Positions 35,502 to 45,938 of a stretch of 48,258 nucleotides of DNA are shown here, one piece after another. The DNA is taken from IMG/VR virus record IMGVR_UViG_3300048576_000589, positions 1 to 48,258 of that record; one strand, 5' to 3'. The translations under genes and the position numbers were made by a program. The notes under the pieces were generated by a model. It worked only from the letters and a program-made list of their open reading frames with translations. It ran no database searches and was not told the origin of the DNA. Within the stretch, counting starts at the first letter, position 1. Each line of letters opens with the position of its first letter. This stretch comes from a virus (lineage: Duplodnaviria > Caudoviricetes).

Positions 35502-35523
35502 CAAACAATAAAGCAAGGCGACA

Positions 35524-35985
35524 ATGGATAGGGATAAGCAAGTTGAGATGATGGTGTCCGACGCAATAACCGAGAAGCCGATTGGCTTTACTGTTGGCGA
35601 TCGGACATTTTCTATTAAACCTCCATCCATCGGCAAGCTGCAGGTGCTTTCGAGGTACTACCTGCTGCTGGAGATGGACGATAAGGCAATGGATGAGAAT
35701 CCAATGAACGAGGCCATGCGCGTATGCGAGGAAAAGGCGGATACGGTTTGCTCGCTTATGGCCGCAGCCACCTTTGACAATAAGGAGGAGCTGCTGGATG
35801 AGGATAAGGTGAAGGAGCTTGCGGATTTCTTCAAGTGGAACACCACGCCGGACAGCTTCGCAACGGTTCTTCTTGCGCTGCTAACTCAGGTCCACTACGA
35901 AAATTTTATCGGCTCTATTCGATTGACGGAGACCTTAAGGCTAAACAAGCCGAAAGGCTCAGAACGGGCGGATCGAGTAGAGTAG
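35524..35985 (+). CDS. Tail assembly chaperone (gpG-like)
   Basis: Between tail tube and tape measure; overlapped by a -1 frame ORF. Confidence 0.75.
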   Translation: MDRDKQVEMMVSDAITEKPIGFTVGDRTFSIKPPSIGKLQVLSRYYLLLEMDDKAMDENPMNEAMRVCEEKADTVCSLMAAATFDNKEELLDEDKVKELADFFKWNTTPDSFATVLLALLTQVHYENFIGSIRLTETLRLNKPKGSERADRVE

Positions 35986-36215
35986 TTGGTGGTAAATCGC
36001 CATGGGGCAACCTGCTAGATTCCATCTGTCAGCGATACCACTGGACGCTCGAATATGCCATTTGGGGCGTTTCTTTTATGAACGTGAACATGATGCTGGC
36101 GGACAGCATCAGCACCGTAAAGGACGACCAAGAGGGCGACATCATGAACAAGGAAGTTTGCCTGTCGGCGGACAACCCAGAGAACATTGAGTTAGCAAAA
36201 AAACTATACACGTAG
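35901..36215 (+). CDS. Tail assembly chaperone extension (gpT-like), probably via -1 frameshift; start uncertain
   Basis: -1 frame open to 36215 (GGKSPWG...YHWTLEYAIWGVS); A-AAT-TTT heptamer at 35901-35907. Confidence 0.6.
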   Translation, partial: KFYRLYSIDGDLKAKQAERLRTGGSSRVVGGKSPWGNLLDSICQRYHWTLEYAIWGVSFMNVNMMLADSISTVKDDQEGDIMNKEVCLSADNPENIELAKKLYT

Positions 36216-36219
36216 GACT

Positions 36220-39200
36220 ATGTCGGCAGAAGATTTGCATTTTTCCGTTACGGGGGATAACCAAGACTTGATAACCAAGCTCCGGGAGTCGCGTAACGCC
36301 ATCAAGGATAGCGGCGATGCCGTTGCCAAGGAGGGTGAGCGCATGGAGCAGTGGTTTAAGCGTGTTGGCTTGGCAGCTGCCACCTACCTATCCTTTGATT
36401 TCGCAAAGAGCTTCACCGGGGAAATCATTCAGGTTACGGGGGACATGGAGGCGCTGCAGCAGTCGTTTGAAACGTTGCTCGGTAGCAAGGATAAAGGGCT
36501 TAAGATGTACAACGATATCAAGGAGTACGCCATTAAGACCCCGATGCAGATGGAAGACCTAGCCAAGGGCGCTCAAACAATGCTGGGCTTCAACATCGCA
36601 GCCGATAAGGTTATGCCAACCCTCAAGCAAATCGGCGACATATCGATGGGCAACTCCGACAAGTTTAAGTCGCTGGTGTTGGCATTCTCGCAGATGTCCG
36701 CAACAGGAAGGCTTATGGGCCAAGACCTATTGCAGATGATAAACGGTGGCTTCAACCCGCTATCGGTGATTTCGGAAAAGACGGGCAAGAGCATCGGGCA
36801 GCTGAAGGATGAAATGGAGAAGGGTGCCATATCCGCGGATATGGTGGCCGATGCCTTCAAGGCGGCAACCGACGAGGGCGGGAAGTTCCACGGGATGCTC
36901 GAAAGCCAGTCGGAGAAGATCAACGGTCTGGTTTCAACCCTTAAGGATAAGTGGAAGGAGGTGCTGGGCTCCATCGGTAACGACAATAAGGATATCATCA
37001 TCGGGGGGCTCAACCTCTCGTTTAAGGCAATCGAGCACTACAAAGACCTTATCGACATCATTAAGGTTTTGGTAGCCACCTACGGAGCTTACAAGGCAGC
37101 TCTTATAGTAACCAGCGCATTGCAGAATGCCGGAACGGTGCTTGCCAACGTAAGGGCGTGGATGCAGCTAGCCGCTACCGTGCGTAGCGCCAAGGACGCT
37201 CAGGTGGCGTTCAACCTTGCAACATCAGCAAACCCATGGGGGGCAATCTTTGCCGGCATTGCTTTGGTTGTTTCGTCGCTGTACCTGTTCACCAAGCGGC
37301 AGAAGGAGGCCAACCAAGAGATGAGCCTACACGCCAAAACGCAGGCGGAGTTTACCGAGAAGTTGAAGGACGAGCAGAGCGAGATGGATAAGCTGGTGTC
37401 CCTTGCCAAGAACGAGAAGGCCAGCCGCGACGATAGGCGTAAGGCGCTGGATAAGCTAAAGGAGAGCGCCGGGGGCTACCTCGACAAGTTGACGCTTGAG
37501 AATATTGGGCATAAGAACGGTGCCGACCTGCTAAGGAAGTACAACGACCAGCTGGAGAGAAAGTACAGAATTGAAGCCAACGAGGCGGAGATAAAGGCGC
37601 TATACGGGACGCTTAGGACGCAGAATAAGGGTATTGCGCTTTCTGAGACGATGTACAACAACACGAAAAACCGCAAAGACCAGGGCGAGTTTGGAGGACA
37701 GGTGTTGTTGACGATGAAAAAACGACTCGACGAGCTAAAGGATAAGGCCAAACAAACCAGAGATGAAATCAATAAGTTGCTCGACGATAACGTTGATGCC
37801 GCTAAAGCGCCTAGCGGAGGTGGTGGAGGCGGAAATACTGTCGACAAAAAAGCCGTAGAGAAGGCTGAAAAGCTACGTCAGCAGCTTCAGGATACCATCG
37901 AAAAGGATGTTTGGGATATGGATGCTGACTGGCAGAAGGAGCGCGAGAAGTCTATCGACAAGCTGCTGGATAGTATGATGGATAGTGACACCAAGAGCCT
38001 AGACGAGTTCGTTAAGAATCAGGAGGAGCTGGCAGAAAAATTCACCAGCATCTACGAGGGCTCTATGAGCTACGACCAAAAGCTGGACTCCATCAACCGC
38101 AAGTACACCGACAGCATTAAGGTTATGACCGATGCCGGAATGCTCGACAACGTAAAGGAGCTGAAGAAGAAGTGGCAAGATGAGATCAGCAGCCTTAACG
38201 AGAGTTCCCTTCAGGAGTACGATAAGCTAACCGGGTTCTTTACCAAGCTGTACGCCAACGGTTCGGAAATGAGCAAAAAAACGCTCAACGAAACGATGGG
38301 CAACGTAAAGAAGCTTATTGCCTATCTCAAAAAGGAGAGCACCGAGTTGCCGGACGGCATGAAGAAGGAGATGGCCGATAAGCTCAACCTTAGCGAGCTT
38401 ACTCCGCTCTACAACCAGCTAATCTCTCTTCAGGAAGAGTTCAACAAGAGGAGCAACTACCCATTCTCCAACTTTGTCAATGGGCTAAAGAGCCTTACGG
38501 ATGCTAAAAAAACCTACGCTAAGGCATCTAAGGAGGTTAACGAGAAGGAGAAGGACAACCTAAACAACCTAGCCAAGATTCAGAAGAATTACGGAATGGC
38601 CATGCTTACCAATGGCGCAATGGAAGCGGGAAATGCTCTGAGCATGGTTAGCGATGCCTTAAGTAGGATAGCAGAAGCTTCTGGAAGTGAAAGCATGAAG
38701 GAGACCGCTGCTCAGTTTTCGTCATGGTCTAGCACGGTTGGGGCAACCGCTCAAGGATTTGCCTCTGGTGGGCCTTGGGGTGGTTTGGCGGCAGGTGTTA
38801 CGAATATGCTTGGTCAAACCGTAGAGGCGTTTGCACAGGATAAGGCTGAACAGGCGGAGTACCTGCAATCAAAGATAGACTTCGCCAATAAGCTAAAATT
38901 GCTTGAACTAACGCTGAAACCTACCGACTACGAGAACATATTTGGCGTTGAGTCCGTCAGAAAGGCAAGGGAGGCGTATAGGTTGGCTCAGGATGCGCTT
39001 GAGGAGTACTACGACTCTGTTAACAAGAAGATGTCGGAGCCGGGCAAAACGAAGGAATACAAGAATGCAGGCGCTGTTGTTTATGGTGGTTTTTTAGGAG
39101 GTACTAAAAAGGAACTTACCAACGAGTATAAGGTTTTGATGGAAGCCTACAAGAAGGGCTACACGGAGCTTCAAGGGCTTGCCGTTAAAACCAAGGATCG

Positions 39201-40050
39201 TAGCGGATGGGCAAACTTCTGGGGAAAGAAAGACCAGTATAAGGCGCTAAAGGATTACGCACCGCAGCTTTGGGGGTCGGACGGCGTTTTCTCGGTGGAG
39301 AAGGCTAAGGCTTTTCTTGAAACCGACAAGAAGATCAACGACACCCAGCGCAAGCAGATTCAGAACGTTATCGACCTTAAGGATGCCTACGAGGCCAACC
39401 TAGAGATCGTTCGTAAGGATATATCCGAGACCTTCGGAGGGCTTGGTACGGCGGTAACAGACTCTATTGTTGATGCCATAAAGAACGGAACGGATGCCTG
39501 GGAGAACTTCACCAAAGCTGGATCAGCATCATTGGAAACATTGGGTAAGAAGATCGCTTACGAGCTGTTCTTTTCGGACAAGTTCGACAAGCTGCAAAAG
39601 GATTTGGAGGAAACCTACGGCAGCGGAACGGATAGCGAGTCGGTTGGTAAGCAGCAGATGGCAATTCTACAGAGCTTCTTCGGCAACATCAAAACGGACA
39701 TGGGCAACGCTCAAACGTGGATGGAGGAGTGGAAAAAGCAGGCAGAGGCAGCAGGTTTTGATGGTGTTTTCGGTGAAACGGCGGATAGAACTGCTGCTGC
39801 TAAGGGTTTCAACGCCATGAGCCAAGATACGGGCAACGAGCTGAACGGGCGCTTTACCGTAATTCAGGGGCATACCTTCGAGATGAACGGAAACGTGAAG
39901 GCCATTAGGCTCAATACGGATGCACTGCTGGATAACGTAATTGCCATTAAGAACAATACCGACCGCTTAGAGGCCATTGAGAGGCACATCCAGTCAACGA
40001 AGGATGGTATTAACGATATTTCCCTTAAGGGCGTAAAAATAAGGAGCTGA
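36220..40050 (+). CDS. Tape measure protein
   Basis: 1276 aa; tape-measure N domain (FSQMSATGRLMGQDLLQM), MSQDTGNELNGRF C-terminus. Confidence 0.93.
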   Translation: MSAEDLHFSVTGDNQDLITKLRESRNAIKDSGDAVAKEGERMEQWFKRVGLAAATYLSFDFAKSFTGEIIQVTGDMEALQQSFETLLGSKDKGLKMYNDIKEYAIKTPMQMEDLAKGAQTMLGFNIAADKVMPTLKQIGDISMGNSDKFKSLVLAFSQMSATGRLMGQDLLQMINGGFNPLSVISEKTGKSIGQLKDEMEKGAISADMVADAFKAATDEGGKFHGMLESQSEKINGLVSTLKDKWKEVLGSIGNDNKDIIIGGLNLSFKAIEHYKDLIDIIKVLVATYGAYKAALIVTSALQNAGTVLANVRAWMQLAATVRSAKDAQVAFNLATSANPWGAIFAGIALVVSSLYLFTKRQKEANQEMSLHAKTQAEFTEKLKDEQSEMDKLVSLAKNEKASRDDRRKALDKLKESAGGYLDKLTLENIGHKNGADLLRKYNDQLERKYRIEANEAEIKALYGTLRTQNKGIALSETMYNNTKNRKDQGEFGGQVLLTMKKRLDELKDKAKQTRDEINKLLDDNVDAAKAPSGGGGGGNTVDKKAVEKAEKLRQQLQDTIEKDVWDMDADWQKEREKSIDKLLDSMMDSDTKSLDEFVKNQEELAEKFTSIYEGSMSYDQKLDSINRKYTDSIKVMTDAGMLDNVKELKKKWQDEISSLNESSLQEYDKLTGFFTKLYANGSEMSKKTLNETMGNVKKLIAYLKKESTELPDGMKKEMADKLNLSELTPLYNQLISLQEEFNKRSNYPFSNFVNGLKSLTDAKKTYAKASKEVNEKEKDNLNNLAKIQKNYGMAMLTNGAMEAGNALSMVSDALSRIAEASGSESMKETAAQFSSWSSTVGATAQGFASGGPWGGLAAGVTNMLGQTVEAFAQDKAEQAEYLQSKIDFANKLKLLELTLKPTDYENIFGVESVRKAREAYRLAQDALEEYYDSVNKKMSEPGKTKEYKNAGAVVYGGFLGGTKKELTNEYKVLMEAYKKGYTELQGLAVKTKDRSGWANFWGKKDQYKALKDYAPQLWGSDGVFSVEKAKAFLETDKKINDTQRKQIQNVIDLKDAYEANLEIVRKDISETFGGLGTAVTDSIVDAIKNGTDAWENFTKAGSASLETLGKKIAYELFFSDKFDKLQKDLEETYGSGTDSESVGKQQMAILQSFFGNIKTDMGNAQTWMEEWKKQAEAAGFDGVFGETADRTAAAKGFNAMSQDTGNELNGRFTVIQGHTFEMNGNVKAIRLNTDALLDNVIAIKNNTDRLEAIERHIQSTKDGINDISLKGVKIRS

Positions 40051-40051
40051 T

Positions 40052-40867
40052 ATGTTTGGAAAGCTGACAATAGACGGAGTAGACGCCTACGCCACCTACG
40101 GGTTGGTAATCCCCAAGGGGGGCTTTAACGGGCTTGCCCAGATGCCTCCGCTGAAGAAGGTGGACTTCAACGACTGGTCGTTTCAGGATGGTATAGAGCC
40201 TGACCTAACCGATACCAAGCTGGACACGTCAACATTCAGCATTACCTTCTTCACCTTCAGCGAGGCGAAGCTCAACAGCTTCTTTGCCAAAATGACCGAT
40301 GGGGCTATCCACACCTTCGTCTTTACGGAGATTGGCCTAACCAAGCGGATTCGGTACGTGAGCTGCACCTCTAGGAAGAGCATAGGTGAGATGGCTCAGG
40401 TTGCCTACACCTTTTCCGACGACTATCCGCTGGAGGGCTACACTTATCTAGCTCCGCTGAGTACGGTTGGAGGCGCTACGGGCTACCAGCTGGACGGGGT
40501 GGATTTGGGCGCATACGGCATTAGCGTTCTAAAGGGCGCTAAGGATGCCATTCTTAAAAAAAGCGACGCAAAGAAGAACCTAACCGTTAGCGTGAGGAAC
40601 CTAGACGGGGCTGCTTACGACGGGTACGCCGTAAAGATGAAGGAGCGCGATGCATCGATTCCCCTTCTGATGAAGGCGCGAAGCTTCACGGAGCTTTGGC
40701 GTAACTACAAGGCTCTGCTGTTCAACCTGAGTAAGGCAGGGGAGCGAACGCTTACCGCATACGGGGTGGATTACCCTTGCTTCTACAAGAGCATGTCCGT
40801 TAGCTACTTCTCCCCATCGGGTGAGATTTGGTTGGGCTTTAACCTTAACATCTGCATAATACGATAG
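40052..40867 (+). CDS. Distal tail protein (putative)
   Basis: Follows tape measure; two related halves (IDGVDAYATYG, LDGVDLGAYG). Confidence 0.7.
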   Translation: MFGKLTIDGVDAYATYGLVIPKGGFNGLAQMPPLKKVDFNDWSFQDGIEPDLTDTKLDTSTFSITFFTFSEAKLNSFFAKMTDGAIHTFVFTEIGLTKRIRYVSCTSRKSIGEMAQVAYTFSDDYPLEGYTYLAPLSTVGGATGYQLDGVDLGAYGISVLKGAKDAILKKSDAKKNLTVSVRNLDGAAYDGYAVKMKERDASIPLLMKARSFTELWRNYKALLFNLSKAGERTLTAYGVDYPCFYKSMSVSYFSPSGEIWLGFNLNICIIR

Positions 40868-40870
40868 GCT

Positions 40871-43800
40871 ATGATACTTAATATAGGGGAGACTACCATA
40901 GATATAACCGTTGACGACAGCAGCTTCCGCGAAAGAGGCATTGGTCGCAAGAACGAGCTTACGCTAAACTTTTCACTTGACCACCATATCGAGGTGCCCG
41001 TTGGGGCTTGGTGCGAGTTTCAGGGGCAGCGGTACGAGCTGTACAGCCCGGACAACTTTACCGAAAAAGGGTATAGGGAGTTCGACTACACGCTCATCCT
41101 TAATGGTGACGAAGCCAAGCTGAAGAAGTACAAGTGTAGGAATACGGTGGATAGGAGGCTTAAGTTCGACATGACGGCTAAGCCTTCCGAGTTCGCTAAG
41201 CTGATGGTGGATAACCTGAACCAGAGGGATAGCGGGTGGACGGTGGGAACGTGCACCGATGCCGTTGCAAAGTGTTTGAATCTCAATCACAACTACATCG
41301 AGGATGTGGCTGGAATGGTTGAGCAGGCGTTTGAGATGGAGGTTTACCTTGTTGGCAAGAGCATTTGCATCGGAAAGCAGGAGGTCAATAAGGACGAGCC
41401 ATTGGCGCTTTCCGTTGGAGCAGGGCTAAAGGAGGGCGTTAAGCGGGAGAACGCAACGGAAACCAACAACGTCGAGATACTGTACGTGCAGGGAGGTGAT
41501 CGTAACATCGACTTCTCGAAGTACGGGAGCAAAGAACTGCTGCTCCCCAAGAGCCAAAGCATAACCTACAACGGGAGGACGTATGTAACCGATGCTGACG
41601 GCTACTCGGTAAAGCGTTCAGATGTTCCGCAAAAGTCGTTTGTGGAGGATTCGTTGGACCTATCCAATATCTACCCTATGCGCGAGGGAACGGTGAGCGA
41701 GGTTGTGGTGGTGAACGCGGAGAAGAACTTCTACGATTTCAAGGATAGCTCGATTCCTGAAGCGCTCGACTTCTCGACGTGCAGGATAGCAGGTGAACGG
41801 GCAACGGTAATGTTCCTTACTGGAATGCTCGCGCAAAGAACCTTCGACATCGAGCAGACCGAAACCGCGCTTACCGGGTACGTTCACGCGGAGCGCCGCT
41901 TTAAGCTGGTGCCTGCGGAGCTGGACGGTGTAACCATGCCCAACGGAACGTTTAAGCCAGCCGTTGGGGATAAGTACGCTGTTTTCGGCATAAGCATGCC
42001 TGATGCCTACGTATGCGATAGCGTGAGCCAGACGGGCGCAAGCTGGGACATGCTCAAGGAGGCGGTTAAGTACCTCTACGAGAACGAGAGCAGCAAGTTT
42101 AATATTACCGCCGAGCTGGATGGCATCTGGGCAAAGAAGGATTGGGCAAACCGTGGGGGTAAGATCGTGGTAGGCGGCTACGTGCAGATTGGCGACAGCA
42201 AGTTCAACCCGAACGGGGATGTTACCAGAATTGTTACGATTAAGGACTTTGTTAACAACCCTCACTCCCCAACTATCGAGATAACCAACTCAGCCAAGGG
42301 TGGCTCGTTCGTTAGCTCGATCAAGAAGCTGCAGGGTCAGGAGGTTGCCATCGAGGCATCTAAGAAGGAGCTAGTTCAGTACACCAAGCGCCGCTTTAGG
42401 GATACGCAGGAAACCGCGAAGATGCTGGAACAGTCGATGCTCAACTTCTCAGGATCGATTAACCCAATTTCGGTTAACGCCATGCAGCTGCTTGTAGGGG
42501 ATCAGTCCTTGCAGTTCCGCTACGTGAGCAGCAAAACCTCCCCAGCTACGGTAACACCTAGCATTTACTATACTGCTGCTACCAAGATATTTCACGCCGA
42601 CAGAGGTGTCGTTCAGCATATGACGCTAGGCATAACGTCGGTTAAGCCTTCGCGTCCAGCATCGGAGTATAGGTATTGGGATGTTACGGCCTTTAACTCT
42701 CCAGCTATTGACGATGCGACAAAGTCCTACTACGTCTACCTCAAGTGCAGCAAGTCGAATCAGGCTGCTGCCTACTACCTGAGCGAGTCACCTATCGGCA
42801 TTGAGCAGGTTGATGGGTACTACCACCTTTGGGTAGGAATACTAAACAGCGAGTTTGACGGGGATCGGTCGTTTGTAAAGCTGTTCGGGTTTACGGAAAT
42901 TCTACCTGGGAGAGTTACCGCTGAAATGTTTTCAAGCCCTGACGGGAATACGTTTATCGACTTGGTGAACGGCATCATGCAGGGTAAGTTTACGTTCAAG
43001 GCTGGGTCAAAGGGCCTAGAACAACTCGACGAGTGGGCCAACAAACAATCTCAGATTGACACTGCTGCCTCTAATGCTGCCGCTGCCTCTGCCACCGCTG
43101 CTGCTGCCGCCACCGCCGCCAATACGGCTAAGGCAGATGCCGAGGCTGCCAACCAAGCCATCGCCGACATGGTAAGCGATGGCAAGCTATCGCCTGTCGA
43201 AAAGCAGTCGTATAAGGTAATCTTCGACGGCTATACCAGCGAGAAGGTTAAGTATGATGCGCAGGCCGACCAGTTTGCAGTTAGCCGCACCGCCTACGAT
43301 GCAGCCTACGATGCGCTAAACGCTTACCTAACCCCGCTGCTTGCCGATCTAACCACCACCTCCGACATCGTATCGGCCACCTTTACTTCAACGCTAAAGA
43401 GCTACACCGATGCTCGTACCGACCTGACTAATGCCATTGCGGCAAAAGCAAAGACGGCGGCCGATAATGCGCAGGCTAAGGTTGATAATATGCAGATTGG
43501 TGGAGTAAATCTCATTCAATCAGAAGGACTAACATCTTACGTTCCTAATAACAGCACTCCTATTTGGGATGGGGCAACGAGATCAATTAGAACAACAATT
43601 AATGCGCTTGATTCATTATCGTTGGCCAGCAGCAAAATAAACATGATTCCAGCAGGCGTATACACTGCTTCTGGATATCTTAAGCGCAACGGTACTATTG
43701 TTACTAGCTCAATATGGAAGGATGTTAGATTCAATAAATACTTTTCAGCAATACGGAGCAAAATTGATGATACAACAGGCTATTTCGAAATAACGCAAGA

Positions 43801-45922
43801 AATAGATAGCCGATTGTTTTTTATAGACATGCCTCTCCCTAATGGAACACAGGTTGGGGATGTATTTGAGTGGGTAAAGCTAAAATTCGAAAAAGGCAAC
43901 AAGGCGACCTACTATACGCTTTCTCCTGAAGATATTACAGCAGATGCACAAGCAAAGGCAGATGCAGCCAAAGAGGCTGCTATCGCTGCTGCTGCAGCAG
44001 ATGCAACTACTAAGGTTGATAATATGCAGATTGGTGGAGTAAATCTCATTCAATCAGAAGGACTAACATCTTACGTTCCTAATAACAGCACTCCTATTTG
44101 GGATGGGGCAACGAGATCAATTAGAACAACAATTAATGCGCTTGATTCATTATCGTTGGCCAGCAGCAAAATAAACATGATTCCAGCAGGCGTATACACT
44201 GCTTCTGGATATCTTAAGCGCAACGGTACTATTGTTACTAGCTCAATATGGAAGGATGTTCGATTTCTAAAAATTTTCCCAGCAATACGGAGCAGAATTA
44301 ATGATACAACAGGCTATTTCGAAATAACGCAAGAAATAGATAGCCGATTGTTTTTTATAGACATGCCGCTCCCTAATGGAACACAGGTTGGTGATGTATT
44401 TGAGTGGGTAAAATTAAAATTCGAAAAAGGGAATAAAGCAACCGACTACGACGAATCACCAGAAGATCGTAAAGCCCAAATCAATGCCCTAACCTATCTC
44501 AAAACCGCCCTAGCCCAGCAAACCACCACCGAAGGGGGCTTGCTGCTTACATCATTAATTCAGCTAGGCGAGTGGCTAAACGGCGTATTTACAGCCAAGG
44601 CTGGGGTGAACGGAGTCGGTAGCAATCCGCTTTCCCCAACATTCTGGGGTGGAGGTACGCTGGAGGATGCAATCCGAACAGTAAACGAGTTAATTAACGG
44701 CACAAAATCAGGCAATCCACGTGCCCCATTTGTAGTGTCGCGTGACGGCAAGATCTTCGGGTTTGAAGGCTACATTGCCGGATTCCGCATGATCGAGAAG
44801 CTGCTCAACATGGACACGCTCGACATAGGCGAGGTAAACGGCCTGCCCATGATTCGCGTCCGCGATAAGAGCAACAACAACCGCGATGCGGTAATTATCG
44901 CCGATATGCCTTTGTCCGACCCTGCCTCGCTGGCAGGAGGAGGCGCGATTGATGTCACCCCATCCTACGTTATACAGGAAACAAGTGCAGAGGAATATTC
45001 ATTTTGGCTCACTCAGTCAGGAATTTCGACAACAAAATCAGCGCTATCAACAGGAGTTTCGGCAAACACGGCGTACTCACTAATCTTCAATCTTAATGCT
45101 AGTAACAGCGTTTTAGATAGTTATCTAGATAGCAGGATAGAAAATATGACAGGCTCTTCATTATGGGCTACTTTTACCATTAAAGCATACGATGCTAACA
45201 ACACCTTACTATCATCTTTTGTAGTTCCATTCAACGGCTCGTCAGACGAATATGGGTACACCTATATACTTGATAGAGTAGTGGCAATGGGCATCAACAC
45301 CCTTATAAGCGGCAACCTATATGTTGAAGTAAAAATGGAATCGAACTCGTCGCGTTATTTGTACGAGCAAGATTTAAAAAGAGGATATCGATATACGAGC
45401 AACATGGTTGTTGCGGTTAAAAGCAATACAAAAGTACAGTTGATTTCGGGCAAAGGCTTAATCGAAATAGGGCGAGGACTCGGAGCACTATATGGTATTA
45501 ACAAGTTCTTCCAGATACAGGATAAGCCAGGAGTTCCGCTAGTGAGAGCCGAAGGCGAATTTGAGTTTAATAAGTGCATGATGCAAGATATACTCTTGCA
45601 ATTTTGGGCTACAGGAACAAAAGGTTTCAATTTGTCCATTAACAGGTGGCAGGGGCATAGTGCTTTTACGTCTAAGGATAATATTGGAATTGCCAGAACA
45701 GGTACAGGAACTTATACGATTACCCACAACTTGAAAACTAGGGGGATAATTAATAACTCTGGAGATTACCAAGTTACTGGTCATGGATCAGAATACTACA
45801 TTACCGTAACCATGCAAGCAGAAGATAGTGTTAAGATAACTACCAATGACGACGCCTCTCCAAACGATACGGCTAATCTATTCTTGCAGTTCTGGAGTAC
45901 GAAAAACTGGAAAACAACGTAA
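40871..45922 (+). CDS. Tail tip / baseplate hub protein with fibre and duplicated carbohydrate-binding-like domains
   Basis: 1683 aa; N-terminal tail endopeptidase-like region, Ala-rich coils, two GGVNLI...KFEKGNKAT domains. Confidence 0.85.
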   Translation: MILNIGETTIDITVDDSSFRERGIGRKNELTLNFSLDHHIEVPVGAWCEFQGQRYELYSPDNFTEKGYREFDYTLILNGDEAKLKKYKCRNTVDRRLKFDMTAKPSEFAKLMVDNLNQRDSGWTVGTCTDAVAKCLNLNHNYIEDVAGMVEQAFEMEVYLVGKSICIGKQEVNKDEPLALSVGAGLKEGVKRENATETNNVEILYVQGGDRNIDFSKYGSKELLLPKSQSITYNGRTYVTDADGYSVKRSDVPQKSFVEDSLDLSNIYPMREGTVSEVVVVNAEKNFYDFKDSSIPEALDFSTCRIAGERATVMFLTGMLAQRTFDIEQTETALTGYVHAERRFKLVPAELDGVTMPNGTFKPAVGDKYAVFGISMPDAYVCDSVSQTGASWDMLKEAVKYLYENESSKFNITAELDGIWAKKDWANRGGKIVVGGYVQIGDSKFNPNGDVTRIVTIKDFVNNPHSPTIEITNSAKGGSFVSSIKKLQGQEVAIEASKKELVQYTKRRFRDTQETAKMLEQSMLNFSGSINPISVNAMQLLVGDQSLQFRYVSSKTSPATVTPSIYYTAATKIFHADRGVVQHMTLGITSVKPSRPASEYRYWDVTAFNSPAIDDATKSYYVYLKCSKSNQAAAYYLSESPIGIEQVDGYYHLWVGILNSEFDGDRSFVKLFGFTEILPGRVTAEMFSSPDGNTFIDLVNGIMQGKFTFKAGSKGLEQLDEWANKQSQIDTAASNAAAASATAAAAATAANTAKADAEAANQAIADMVSDGKLSPVEKQSYKVIFDGYTSEKVKYDAQADQFAVSRTAYDAAYDALNAYLTPLLADLTTTSDIVSATFTSTLKSYTDARTDLTNAIAAKAKTAADNAQAKVDNMQIGGVNLIQSEGLTSYVPNNSTPIWDGATRSIRTTINALDSLSLASSKINMIPAGVYTASGYLKRNGTIVTSSIWKDVRFNKYFSAIRSKIDDTTGYFEITQEIDSRLFFIDMPLPNGTQVGDVFEWVKLKFEKGNKATYYTLSPEDITADAQAKADAAKEAAIAAAAADATTKVDNMQIGGVNLIQSEGLTSYVPNNSTPIWDGATRSIRTTINALDSLSLASSKINMIPAGVYTASGYLKRNGTIVTSSIWKDVRFLKIFPAIRSRINDTTGYFEITQEIDSRLFFIDMPLPNGTQVGDVFEWVKLKFEKGNKATDYDESPEDRKAQINALTYLKTALAQQTTTEGGLLLTSLIQLGEWLNGVFTAKAGVNGVGSNPLSPTFWGGGTLEDAIRTVNELINGTKSGNPRAPFVVSRDGKIFGFEGYIAGFRMIEKLLNMDTLDIGEVNGLPMIRVRDKSNNNRDAVIIADMPLSDPASLAGGGAIDVTPSYVIQETSAEEYSFWLTQSGISTTKSALSTGVSANTAYSLIFNLNASNSVLDSYLDSRIENMTGSSLWATFTIKAYDANNTLLSSFVVPFNGSSDEYGYTYILDRVVAMGINTLISGNLYVEVKMESNSSRYLYEQDLKRGYRYTSNMVVAVKSNTKVQLISGKGLIEIGRGLGALYGINKFFQIQDKPGVPLVRAEGEFEFNKCMMQDILLQFWATGTKGFNLSINRWQGHSAFTSKDNIGIARTGTGTYTITHNLKTRGIINNSGDYQVTGHGSEYYITVTMQAEDSVKITTNDDASPNDTANLFLQFWSTKNWKTT
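43476..44443 (+). repeat. About 430-bp direct repeat, offset 534 bp, within tail tip gene
   Basis: 43476-43726 identical to 44010-44260; remainder to about 43909/44443 similar with clustered differences. Confidence 0.92.
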
Positions 45923-45938
45923 CATTAAATAAAATAGA

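Noticed and set aside
43476-44443. Tail repeat as DGR template/variable repeat pair
   Set aside because: Both copies are in-frame coding, differences include non-adenine changes, and no reverse transcriptase is in the window
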